Assembly: GCA_964458285.1 (NCBI GenBank)
Contig: CAYWID010000004.1
Location: 147,842-211,841 of the forward strand
Length of the DNA: 64,000 nt
Reading direction: 5' to 3'
DNA from: an uncultured Subdoligranulum sp.
Lineage (GTDB): Bacteria; Bacillota; Clostridia; Oscillospirales; Ruminococcaceae
Shown: positions 1 to 7,761 of the stretch, piece by piece
Layout of the letters: the number at the start of each line of letters is the position of its first letter
Position numbering within the stretch: position 1 is the stretch's first letter
Translations under genes and position numbers: made by a program
Notes under the pieces: generated by a model
What the model was told of the DNA's origin: nothing
The model's database searches: none
What the model saw: only the letters and a program-made list of their open reading frames with translations

Positions 1-96
1 CACGCTGAAGCGCCCGCTTCAAGACGCAGCGGGGCGCGCGCCGCCTTTTTTTGCCTGTTTTGAGGGGGTGCGGGGGCTTTTCCGGCCGGCCGGCGG

Positions 97-125
97 TTGA
101 ACCCGCCGCCCCGGCATGGTACAAT
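97..125 (+). promoter_or_regulatory. sigma-A promoter for the first CDS
   Basis: TTGAAC (97-102), 17 bp spacer, TG-extended TACAAT (120-125). Confidence 0.7.
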
Positions 126-155
126 GGTGCTGTTGAAAAAAAGGAGCCGGATACG

Positions 156-749
156 ATGATCGAACCCGAAAAAGCAAACGGAACCAACCATGCCGCGCTG
201 GGCTTTCTGCTGCTGGGGCTGGCGGCGGCGGGCCGCGCCCTGCTGGGCGTGCCCGGGCAAAGCAGCATGGCCGAGGTGACCCTCTCGATGCTGGGGGTGA
301 TCGGCCTGCTGCTGCTGGCCGACCGGCATTCCCTTCCGGCGCTGCCCTCCGCGCTGGGGCAGGTCGTGCTGGAACTGATTTTGTGCGGCAGCCAGACGGA
401 GGGCGCGTGGCGCCGGCTGCGCGTTGTGCTGCGCGCCGCCGATCTCTGGCTGGTGCTGGTCACGGTGGTGCTGGCGCTGGGCCTGGCCGCCTCGTTCGAC
501 CCCGGCGCGGCGTTTGCCAAAAGCAGCCGGGCCATGGGCGTAAGCGCGGCGGCGGTGCTGGCCGTGCAGACCGTGCTGCTGTGGCTTTCGGCCCGCAACC
601 CGGCCGACGCCGCGCTGGCCACGGCAAGCGCGGCGGTGTTTGTGGCGTTCTCGGTGCTGCTGCTGTGGTTTACCGCGCTGATGCTGCGGCTGTACGGCCG
701 CCTGCGCACCCCGCTGCCGCCGCGCCGCGGCTGGCGGCACCGGGGCTGA
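156..749 (+). CDS. hypothetical multi-pass membrane protein
   Basis: AAGGAG at 141-146 before ATG 156; several hydrophobic segments; no family recognised. Confidence 0.7.
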   Translation: MIEPEKANGTNHAALGFLLLGLAAAGRALLGVPGQSSMAEVTLSMLGVIGLLLLADRHSLPALPSALGQVVLELILCGSQTEGAWRRLRVVLRAADLWLVLVTVVLALGLAASFDPGAAFAKSSRAMGVSAAAVLAVQTVLLWLSARNPADAALATASAAVFVAFSVLLLWFTALMLRLYGRLRTPLPPRRGWRHRG

Positions 750-837
750 GGCCGGGCCGATTGCCTTGTCCGGCCCCGCCGGGCCGGATGCGCCCCGACC
801 CATAAGACAGGAAAAAAAGAAAGACAGGAAAAAAATC

Positions 838-1473
838 ATGCGTAAGCTGCAATACAATTCCCCGGTCGTTTTGTCGTTTTTCTTTCTTTCGCTGGCCGCG
901 CTGGGGCTGGGCTTTGCCACCGGCGGCCGCACCACAACGGCCTTCTTCAGCGTCTACCGCGCCTCGCCGCTGGACCCGCTTGCCTATGTGCGGCTGTTCG
1001 GCCATGTGCTGGGCCACGCCGGGTGGAGCCATTTCCTCAACAACATGCTGCTGCTGCTGGTGGTGGGCCCCCCGCTGGAAGAAAAATACGGCAGCAGGCC
1101 GCTGCTTGCCGGCATGGCAATCACGGCGCTGATCTCGGGCGTGCTGCAATGCCTGCTGTTCCCCGGCAGCGCCCTGCTGGGGGCCTCCGGCATCGTGTTC
1201 ATGCTGATCATGCTGTCCAGCCTGGCCGGCATGCGCAGCGGCGGCATCCCCCTCACGCTGGTTCTGGTGGCCGCGCTCTACCTGGGCCAGCAGGTGTACG
1301 CCGCACTTTTTACACAAGATAATGTCGCTTATTTTATGCACATTGTTGGCGGCGCCTGCGGCACCGGCTTCGGCTTTGCTTCCGCAAGCGGCGGTAAAAC
1401 GGCGCTGCCGCGCCGGATTTTTTGCCGCGGCAGCCCCCGCGCGCTTTTTGTGCGCCGTGCGCAGGCAAATTGA
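838..1473 (+). CDS. rhomboid family intramembrane serine protease
   Basis: HFLNNM, catalytic GASG and HIVGG motifs; multiple TM helices; start trimmed to ATG 838. Confidence 0.9.
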   Translation: MRKLQYNSPVVLSFFFLSLAALGLGFATGGRTTTAFFSVYRASPLDPLAYVRLFGHVLGHAGWSHFLNNMLLLLVVGPPLEEKYGSRPLLAGMAITALISGVLQCLLFPGSALLGASGIVFMLIMLSSLAGMRSGGIPLTLVLVAALYLGQQVYAALFTQDNVAYFMHIVGGACGTGFGFASASGGKTALPRRIFCRGSPRALFVRRAQAN

Positions 1474-1532
1474 CAAATCCCCCTTTTTTGTGGCATCCTA
1501 AAAGAGGATCACGGGGAAGGGGTTGGATAACG

Positions 1533-1895
1533 TTGAAATATCTTTGGCAATTCGCCGTCATACTGGCGGTTTCGTTTGCGGGGGAGGGGCTGCACGCGGC
1601 GCTGCCGCTGCCGGTGCCCGCCGGCATCTACGGGATGGCCCTGCTGTTTGCGCTGCTGGCCACCGGGCTGCTGCCCGCCGCCCGCGTGCGGGAAACCGGC
1701 GCGTTTTTGATCGAGATCATGCCGCTGCTGTTTATACCGGCGGCCGTGGGCCTGCTGGAAAGCTGGGGGCTGCTCCGGCCGCTGCTGGTGCCTTACCTGG
1801 TCATCACGGCCGTGTCCACGGCGGCCGTGATGGCGGTGTCCGGCAGGGTGACCCAGGCGGTTTGCCGCCGCACAAGGGCGGGGAGGGAACAATGA
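1533..1895 (+). CDS. cidA: CidA/LrgA family holin-like protein
   Basis: TTG start after GGAAGGGG; LPVPAGIYGM and LLFIPAAVG motifs; overlaps lrgB start (ATGA). Confidence 0.85.
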   Translation: MKYLWQFAVILAVSFAGEGLHAALPLPVPAGIYGMALLFALLATGLLPAARVRETGAFLIEIMPLLFIPAAVGLLESWGLLRPLLVPYLVITAVSTAAVMAVSGRVTQAVCRRTRAGREQ

Positions 1896-2584
1896 GCGCT
1901 TTTTTGCAGGGCTCGGCCTTCTTTGGGGTGCTTGTCAGCCTGCTGGCCTACGCCGCCGGGGAGGCTTTGCGCAAAAAGCTGCGCACGCCGCTGTGCAACC
2001 CGCTGCTGCTTGCGGTGGCGGCGGTCATGGCCGTGCTGGCGCTGGGGCATATCCCCTACAAAACCTACTACGCGGGCGCCCGGTATCTCAGCGAGCTGCT
2101 TACCCCGGCCACGGTCTGCCTGGCCATCCCGCTCTACGACCGCCTGGCCCTGCTCCGGCAGAACTGGCGGGCCATCCTGGCGGGCATCGGCGCGGGGGTG
2201 CTTACCGGCCTGTGCAGCATTCTGGCGCTGGCGGCGGCCTTCGGGCTTGACCACGCGGCCTACGCCACCCTGCTGCCCAAATCCGTCACAACGGCTATCG
2301 GGATGGGCATATCGCAGGAGCTGGGCGGCCACGTCACGCTGACGGTGGCCGTCATCCTGATCACCGGCGTGCTGGGCAATGTGTTTGCGGAGCTGATCTG
2401 CCGCCTGTTCCGCATCACGGAGCCGGTGGCCGTGGGGGTGGCGCTGGGCACCTCCGCCCACGCCATCGGCACGGCCAAGGCTATGGAGCTGGGCGAGGTC
2501 CAGGGCGCCATGAGCAGCCTTTCCATCGCGGTGGCGGGCATTCTGACGGTGGCGGGCGCCGGCGTGTTCGCCCGCTTTCTGTAA
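1892..2584 (+). CDS. lrgB: LrgB/CidB family protein
   Basis: PATVCLAIPLY, PKSVTTAIGM and GTSAHAIGTAKA motifs. Confidence 0.92.
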   Translation: MSAFLQGSAFFGVLVSLLAYAAGEALRKKLRTPLCNPLLLAVAAVMAVLALGHIPYKTYYAGARYLSELLTPATVCLAIPLYDRLALLRQNWRAILAGIGAGVLTGLCSILALAAAFGLDHAAYATLLPKSVTTAIGMGISQELGGHVTLTVAVILITGVLGNVFAELICRLFRITEPVAVGVALGTSAHAIGTAKAMELGEVQGAMSSLSIAVAGILTVAGAGVFARFL

Positions 2585-2658
2585 GCGCCCGGCACCTTGG
2601 CCGAATACAAAGGACTTTCCCGCGCCGGCGTGTTCGCCCGCTTTCTGTAAGCGCCCGG
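2556..2658 (+). repeat. 37-bp perfect direct repeat duplicating the lrgB 3' end, 29-bp spacer
   Basis: GCGCCGGCGTGTTCGCCCGCTTTCTGTAAGCGCCCGG at 2556-2592 and 2622-2658. Confidence 0.95.
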
Positions 2659-2757
2659 GCCGCAGGGCGCAGAACCGTTCTCAAAAAAACCGTTCCCGGA
2701 TCAAACCGCCCCGGGCGGCGCGCCGCCGGGAACCACACCGTCAGGAGGTATGCACAA

Positions 2758-4353
2758 ATGCTGGATCAGGGTAAAATTCTGTTGGGCCGGGGCCAGACCC
2801 CCGTCTGGATGCTGCCGGGCATGGCCAACCGCCACGGGCTGATTGCGGGGGCCACAGGCACCGGCAAAACCGTGACCGTGCGGGTGCTGGCCGAGGGGTT
2901 CTCGGCGCTGGGGGTGCCGGTGTTTCTGGCCGACGTAAAGGGCGATCTGAGCGGCATGGCGCTGCCCGGGCAGGACGGCGACAAGCTGCGCGCCCGGCTG
3001 GGGGCCGTGGGCATCGACCCCGCGCAGTTCCCGCCGGCGGGCTGCCCCTGCCGGTTCTGGGACGTGTTTGGCAAAATGGGCACCCCGGTGCGCACCACGG
3101 TCAGCCAGATGGGGCCGCTGCTGCTGGCCCGCCTGCTGGATCTGACCGAGGTGCAGCAGGGGGTGCTGAACCTTGTGTTCCGCCTGGCGGACGACCGCGG
3201 CTGGCAGCTGATCGACCTCAAGGATCTGCGCAGCCTGCTGGCCTTTGCGGGGGCCCACAGCAAGGACTTCACGGTTCAGTACGGGAACCTGTCGGCCCAA
3301 AGCATAGGGGCCATACAGCGCAGCCTGATGGCCCTGGAGACCGCGGGCGGCGACCGCTTCTTCGGCGAGCCCGCCTTCGACATCGCGGACTGGCTGCAAA
3401 CCGACGATGCCGGGCGGGGAATCGTCAACATCCTGCACGCGGCGGAGCTTTGCCGGCAGCCGCTGCTCTACGCGACCTTCCTGCTCTGGCTGCTGGGCGA
3501 GCTGTACGAGGCCCTGCCCGAGGTGGGCGACGTCCCCCGCCCCCGCCTGGTGTTTTTCTTTGACGAGGCGCACCTGCTGTTCGACGGCGCCCCCAAGGTG
3601 CTGACCGACCGCGTCGCCCAGGTGGTGCGGCTGATTCGCAGCAAGGGGGTGGGGGTGTATTTCTGCACCCAAAACCCCGCCGATATCCCGGACGACGTGC
3701 TGGCGCAGCTCAACAACCGCGTCCAGCACGCGCTGCGCGCCTACACCCCCGCGGAGCAGAAGGCCGTGCGGGCGGCGGCCCAGAGCTTCCGGCCCAACCC
3801 CGCCTTCAAAACCGAGGCGGTCATCGGCACGCTGGGCACCGGCGTGGCGCTGGTCAGCCTGCTGGACGCCGAGGGGGTGCCCGGCGTGGTGCAGCAGGCG
3901 ACGGTCTGCCCGCCCCAAAGCAGCTTTGCGCCGCTGGCCGATGCGGCCCGCGCCCAGATGATCGCCATGAACCCCCTGCACGCCAGGTACAGGGACGCCG
4001 TGGACAACCGCAGCGCCTACGAAATTTTGGCCGAGCAACAGCAGGCCGAGGACGAGAAGGCCAGAGCCGCCGCCGACGCCAAGGCCGACGCCGCGGCCCA
4101 AAAGGAGGAGGACCGCCTTGCCCGCGAGGAGGAGCGCGAACGCCAGCGCCGGTACAAGGAGGAAGGGCGGGACAGCAAGGGCCGCACCAAGCTGGAACGC
4201 AGCGTCCAGCACGCGGCCAGCCGCACGGCGGGCAGCATCGGCCGCAGCCTTGGCCGCCAGATCACCCGCGGCGTGCTGGGCACCGGCCACAGCACCGTCA
4301 CCAACGCCGCCGGAACGCTGGTGGGCAGCCTGCTGGGCGATCTGTTCCGCTGA
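2758..4353 (+). CDS. HerA-like / DUF853 (YjgR-type) P-loop ATPase
   Basis: NRHGLIAGATGTGKT Walker A, FFFDEAHLLF Walker B, RSKGVGVYFCTQNP; AGGAGG RBS. Confidence 0.92.
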   Translation: MLDQGKILLGRGQTPVWMLPGMANRHGLIAGATGTGKTVTVRVLAEGFSALGVPVFLADVKGDLSGMALPGQDGDKLRARLGAVGIDPAQFPPAGCPCRFWDVFGKMGTPVRTTVSQMGPLLLARLLDLTEVQQGVLNLVFRLADDRGWQLIDLKDLRSLLAFAGAHSKDFTVQYGNLSAQSIGAIQRSLMALETAGGDRFFGEPAFDIADWLQTDDAGRGIVNILHAAELCRQPLLYATFLLWLLGELYEALPEVGDVPRPRLVFFFDEAHLLFDGAPKVLTDRVAQVVRLIRSKGVGVYFCTQNPADIPDDVLAQLNNRVQHALRAYTPAEQKAVRAAAQSFRPNPAFKTEAVIGTLGTGVALVSLLDAEGVPGVVQQATVCPPQSSFAPLADAARAQMIAMNPLHARYRDAVDNRSAYEILAEQQQAEDEKARAAADAKADAAAQKEEDRLAREEERERQRRYKEEGRDSKGRTKLERSVQHAASRTAGSIGRSLGRQITRGVLGTGHSTVTNAAGTLVGSLLGDLFR

Positions 4354-4445
4354 CGGCCCCGGCGGGGGGGCCCCGCACCTGCCGTGGCGGACGGCTTTGC
4401 GCGCAAAACCGCCCGGCGGGGGGCCGGGCGGGGCGGAAGGGCGGG

Positions 4446-5429
4446 TCAGCCGTCCATAATCGGGATGCCGGCCTGGCGGCGCGCCCCGTCCAGCAGCGCC
4501 TGCACCAGCAGGCTCCTGTCCATCGCGTCGCGGCAGGCCTGCCGGTCCCGCCGGACAAAGATATCGGCAAAACGGGCCAGCTCGTAGTACAGCCGCTCGG
4601 GCGCATCGTTCAGGGCGTAGGCGGTCGCCTCGCCGCCGTTGGGCTGAAACGTGAAGGACGCGTAGCTGTTGGCCGGGCCGTCGCAGCGCAGGCAGCCGCG
4701 GTCGCCCTGCAGCTGCACCAGGCAGGGGGCCGCGCAGTTTTTGGCCGCGGTCAGGCTGGCCTGCATCCCCGGGTAGTGCAGCAGCAGCACGCCGGAGGTA
4801 TCGATGCCCCGCTCCAGGTTGGCAAAATAGTGCAGGCTTTGCGGCGCGCCGAACAGCCCCACCAGGAAGTACAGGTTGTACAGGTTGAGGTCCATCAGGG
4901 CGCCGCCGCTTTTTTGCGGGTCGAACACGGGCGGCAGCGCGCCCTGGCAAAAAGCGTCGTACCGGCGGGAATACTGCGAAAAATTGAGCGTGGCCACCCG
5001 CACCCTGCCCAGCGCGGGCAGCAGCGCCCGCGTTTTTTCGTAGTTGGGAAGATACTGGTTGCTGATGGCCTCAAACAGGTAAAGGCCCCTGGCCTCGGCC
5101 AGGACGGCCAGCTCCCGCGCCTGCCGCAGATTGGAGCAGAACGGCTTCTCGCAGATCACATGGCGCCCGGCCTCCAGCGCCTGCCGGGCAAAGGCGTAGT
5201 GCAGGTGGTTGGGCACCGCAATGTACACAAAGTCCAGCGATGGGTCGCGCAGCATCTGCGCATAGTCGGTCACCACGGCGGGGATGCCGTGCGCCGCCCC
5301 CAGCGCCTGCGCCTGCTCCCTGTGGCGGGGCGTGCCGCACAGCACGGCCACCTCCCAAGCGGGCAGCCTGGCCGCCGCCGCCAAAAAATCAGGCACGATG
5401 GCGCCCGCCCCCGCAATTCCCAGCTTCAT
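4446..5429 (-). CDS. Gfo/Idh/MocA family oxidoreductase
   Basis: GAGAI Rossmann start, HVICEKP motif, GGALMDL. Confidence 0.92.
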   Translation of the reverse strand: MKLGIAGAGAIVPDFLAAAARLPAWEVAVLCGTPRHREQAQALGAAHGIPAVVTDYAQMLRDPSLDFVYIAVPNHLHYAFARQALEAGRHVICEKPFCSNLRQARELAVLAEARGLYLFEAISNQYLPNYEKTRALLPALGRVRVATLNFSQYSRRYDAFCQGALPPVFDPQKSGGALMDLNLYNLYFLVGLFGAPQSLHYFANLERGIDTSGVLLLHYPGMQASLTAAKNCAAPCLVQLQGDRGCLRCDGPANSYASFTFQPNGGEATAYALNDAPERLYYELARFADIFVRRDRQACRDAMDRSLLVQALLDGARRQAGIPIMDG

Positions 5430-5485
5430 GGCTTGTTCCTCCCCCCCCTGATACATCCAAAACGACAATGGCGATAATCTAATCT

Positions 5486-5514
5486 ATCATACCACAAAAT
5501 TACGGGCGTGTCAA
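5486..5514 (-). promoter_or_regulatory. sigma-A promoter of the oxidoreductase
   Basis: minus strand TTGACA-17-TATGAT with TG extension. Confidence 0.75.
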
Positions 5515-5559
5515 GTACCATTCCCCGTTTTTTTTCGTACTCCCCAAAAAAAGAATGCA

Positions 5560-5800
5560 GTCGTCGTCCTCGTCGTTCAGCCTGCGCAACCGCCGCCGCG
5601 CCCGCCCTTTGCCGCAAAGCACGCCGCCTTCCTTCTTGGTTGGTGTTGACGTTGACGATGACGATGACTGTAATGTTGATGTTGATGTTGATGTTGATGT
5701 TTACGTTGATGTTGATGTTGGGTTTTTAAAAAACCGTTGGGTTAAAAAAAAACCGTTCGGTTTTTTTTGAGGGAGGGGGGGCGCCCCGGCGGGGGGCAAT
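5560..5800 (-). pseudogene. decayed fragment resembling the linker of DUF6291-type phage/ICE replication-initiator proteins
   Basis: minus frame reads RRGAPPPSKKTERFFFNPTVF*KPNININVNININININITVIVIVNVNT with one in-frame TAA at 5726-5728; family resemblance is from memory, not a search. Confidence 0.45.
5645..5719. repeat. imperfect (GTTGAT/GTTGAC)n hexamer tandem repeat
   Basis: directly visible; encodes an (N-I/V)n tract on the minus strand. Confidence 0.95.
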
Positions 5801-5908
5801 CGGCAGGGCCGGATGCCGAATAACGCAATAAAACGAAATAAAACGAAACAAATCAACCGGAAAGGCCGCGGCGGGGCAAGCCGCGCGGCGGAAAGGAAGC
5901 GTACGACC

Positions 5909-6601
5909 ATGGAGAAATGGGCCGAGGCCATGCCGGTGCTGCGCACCTCGCCGCTGTTTGCGGGCATAGACGACCGCGAGCTGACCGGGATGCTGACCTG
6001 CCTGGATGCCCGGCGGGAAACCTGCCCCAAGGGGGCCTTTGTGCTGCGCGCCGGGGACAGGGTGGAGGCCGTGGGCCTGCTGCTGGCGGGCAGCGTGCTG
6101 GTCCTGCAGGAGGATTTTTGGGGCAACCGCAACCTGATTGCCCGGCTGATGCCGGGGCAGCTTTTTGCCGAATCGTTTGCCTGCGCGCCGGGCGCGACGC
6201 TCAGCGTAAGCGCGCTGGCGGACGCCCCCTGCACGGTGCTGTGGCTGGATGTCCGCCGTATTTTGACCACCTGCCCCGCGGCCTGCGCCCACCACAGCCG
6301 GCTGATCCGCAACCTGCTCTCCGACCTGGCGGGCAAAAACCTGCTGTTCAACGAAAAGCTGACCCACATGGCCCAGCGCACCACGCGGGAAAAGCTGCTT
6401 TCCTACCTTTCGGCGCAGGCGCAAAAGCAGGGCGGCCCCACCTTTACAATCCCGTTCGACCGCCAGCAGCTGGCCGATTACCTGGCCGTGGAGCGCAGCG
6501 CCATGTCCGCCGAGCTGGGCCGCCTGCGGGACGAGGGCGTGCTGGATTTTACCCGCAGCCGCTTCACGCTGCGCCAGCCGCCCGCGGGCGGCACCGCCTG
6601 A
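5909..6601 (+). CDS. Crp/Fnr family transcriptional regulator
   Basis: cNMP-binding-like domain (GQLFAESF) and C-terminal HTH (RQQLADYLAVERSAMSAEL); GAAAGGA RBS. Confidence 0.92.
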   Translation: MEKWAEAMPVLRTSPLFAGIDDRELTGMLTCLDARRETCPKGAFVLRAGDRVEAVGLLLAGSVLVLQEDFWGNRNLIARLMPGQLFAESFACAPGATLSVSALADAPCTVLWLDVRRILTTCPAACAHHSRLIRNLLSDLAGKNLLFNEKLTHMAQRTTREKLLSYLSAQAQKQGGPTFTIPFDRQQLADYLAVERSAMSAELGRLRDEGVLDFTRSRFTLRQPPAGGTA

Positions 6602-6616
6602 TTTACGCCGCCGTAA

Positions 6617-6669
6617 GCAAAGCCGCCGGGGCGCGCCGTTTTTTGTGCGGCGCGCCCCGGCGGCTTTGC
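6617..6669. terminator. 22-bp perfect inverted repeat between the Crp/Fnr gene and the convergent sRNA
   Basis: GCAAAGCCGCCGGGGCGCGCCG (6617-6638) / CGGCGCGCCCCGGCGGCTTTGC (6648-6669); lacks a clean U-tract, so terminator role is uncertain. Confidence 0.55.
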
Positions 6670-6696
6670 CCGGTCAAGGGGCAAAAAAGGCGACAG

Positions 6697-6774
6697 GAAA
6701 GCCCCGCCGAGGGAGGGCGGGGCTTACAGAAAGGAGGAGGAGAAAACATGAAAAAGTGTAGTTTTGTTTGCTAC
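6697..6774 (-). ncRNA. putative anti-SD/anti-AUG small RNA, copy B
   Basis: TTGACG-17-TACAAT promoter; core CUUUUUCAUGUUUUCUCCUCCUCCUUUCUG; hairpin AAGCCCCGCC-CUCCCUC-GGCGGGGCUU; paralogue at 33124-33210. Confidence 0.75.
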
Positions 6775-6780
6775 GGTCTT

Positions 6781-6834
6781 ATTGTAACCGATTTGTTACG
6801 ATTCGTCAAGAGCAAATTGTTACGTTTTTGTAAC
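6781..6834 (-). promoter_or_regulatory. sRNA promoter with two 7-4-7 direct-repeat boxes (OmpR-family type)
   Basis: plus-strand TTGTAAC 6782, TTGTTAC 6793, TTGTTAC 6817, TTGTAAC 6828; -35 at 6804-6809, -10 at 6781-6786. Confidence 0.8.
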
Positions 6835-6971
6835 TTCCCTGTAAAAAGGCGGGCGCCCCGGCCGCCGTGCCGAAGGGGGCGCAGGCCGGGCGCGGTTTTG
6901 GCAAAAAAAGCCGCCGTTGCGCTTTGAATTTTGCGCATTCCGACAAAAAGAAAAAAAAGAATGCGCCCGTT

Positions 6972-7002
6972 GAAACAATTCTGTGACAAGCCTCGTTATA
7001 AT
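6972..7002 (+). promoter_or_regulatory. putative TCS operon promoter with a degenerate repeat box in place of -35
   Basis: GAAACAA-ttct-GTGACAA (6972-6989) then TATAAT (6997-7002). Confidence 0.5.
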
Positions 7003-7086
7003 GAATAAGGAGAATTGCGGCCGGGGTCGCCTGGAAACGGCGCGGCGGCATTTTGGAAACGGAAAACATAGGCGGAGGCATGGCAG

Positions 7087-7740
7087 ATGGCAAATATCCT
7101 GATCGCGGAGGACGAGCGTGCAATCAACAATCTGATGGCGGCCAACCTGCGGCTGGTGGGGCACGCCTGCACGCAGGCTTTTACCGGCCCCCAGGCGCTG
7201 GAGCTGGCGCAAAGCGGCGCCTTTGACCTGGTGCTGCTGGATGTGATGCTGCCCGGGCAGGACGGCTTTGCGGTGAAAAGCCTGCTTCCCGCCGAGCAGC
7301 CGGTTATTTTTGTGACGGCCCGCACCGGCCTTGGCGACAAGCTCAAGGGCCTTGGCCTTGGCGCGGACGATTACATCGTCAAGCCGTTTGAAATACTGGA
7401 GCTGCTTGCCCGGGTGGAAACCGTGCTGCGCCGCACCCGCCGCAATGCCGAGACGTTCGCTTTTAAAGATCTTTTGGTCGATCTGACGGCCCGGCGGGTG
7501 GTGCGCGGCGGCGAGACGCTGGAGCTTACCCCGCAGGAATTTGCCCTGCTGGAGGCGCTGGTCATCAACCGAAACCTGGCGTTAAGCCGAGAAAAGCTGC
7601 TTTCCATCGCCTGGGGCTACGATTACGAGGGCGAAACCCGCACCGTGGACGTACACATCCAGCGCATTCGCAAAAAGCTTGGCCTTGAGCAGGAGATTCA
7701 AACCGTTTTCAAGGTTGGCTACCGGCTCAACACGCGGTAA
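7087..7740 (+). CDS. OmpR/PhoB family response regulator
   Basis: ILIAEDE, LLDVMLP, GADDYIVKPF, winged-helix RTVDVHIQRIRKKL. Confidence 0.95.
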   Translation: MANILIAEDERAINNLMAANLRLVGHACTQAFTGPQALELAQSGAFDLVLLDVMLPGQDGFAVKSLLPAEQPVIFVTARTGLGDKLKGLGLGADDYIVKPFEILELLARVETVLRRTRRNAETFAFKDLLVDLTARRVVRGGETLELTPQEFALLEALVINRNLALSREKLLSIAWGYDYEGETRTVDVHIQRIRKKLGLEQEIQTVFKVGYRLNTR

Positions 7741-7761
7741 GCGGCGCAGAAAGGCACAACC

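Noticed and set aside
804-835. 15-bp direct repeat AAGACAGGAAAAAAA before the rhomboid start
   Set aside because: Real but low-complexity; most simply a local duplication of the RBS region.
2556-2658. Mini CRISPR array (37-bp repeat, 29-bp spacer)
   Set aside because: Only two units, the repeat is coding sequence of lrgB, and there are no cas genes or leader.
6748-6927. 59-aa plus-strand ORF MKKCSFVCYG... with a perfect AAAGGAGGAGG RBS
   Set aside because: It is the antisense shadow of sRNA copy B. It runs through that promoter, and beyond MKK it shares nothing with the equivalent shadow ORF at copy A. Not fully excluded without Ribo-seq.
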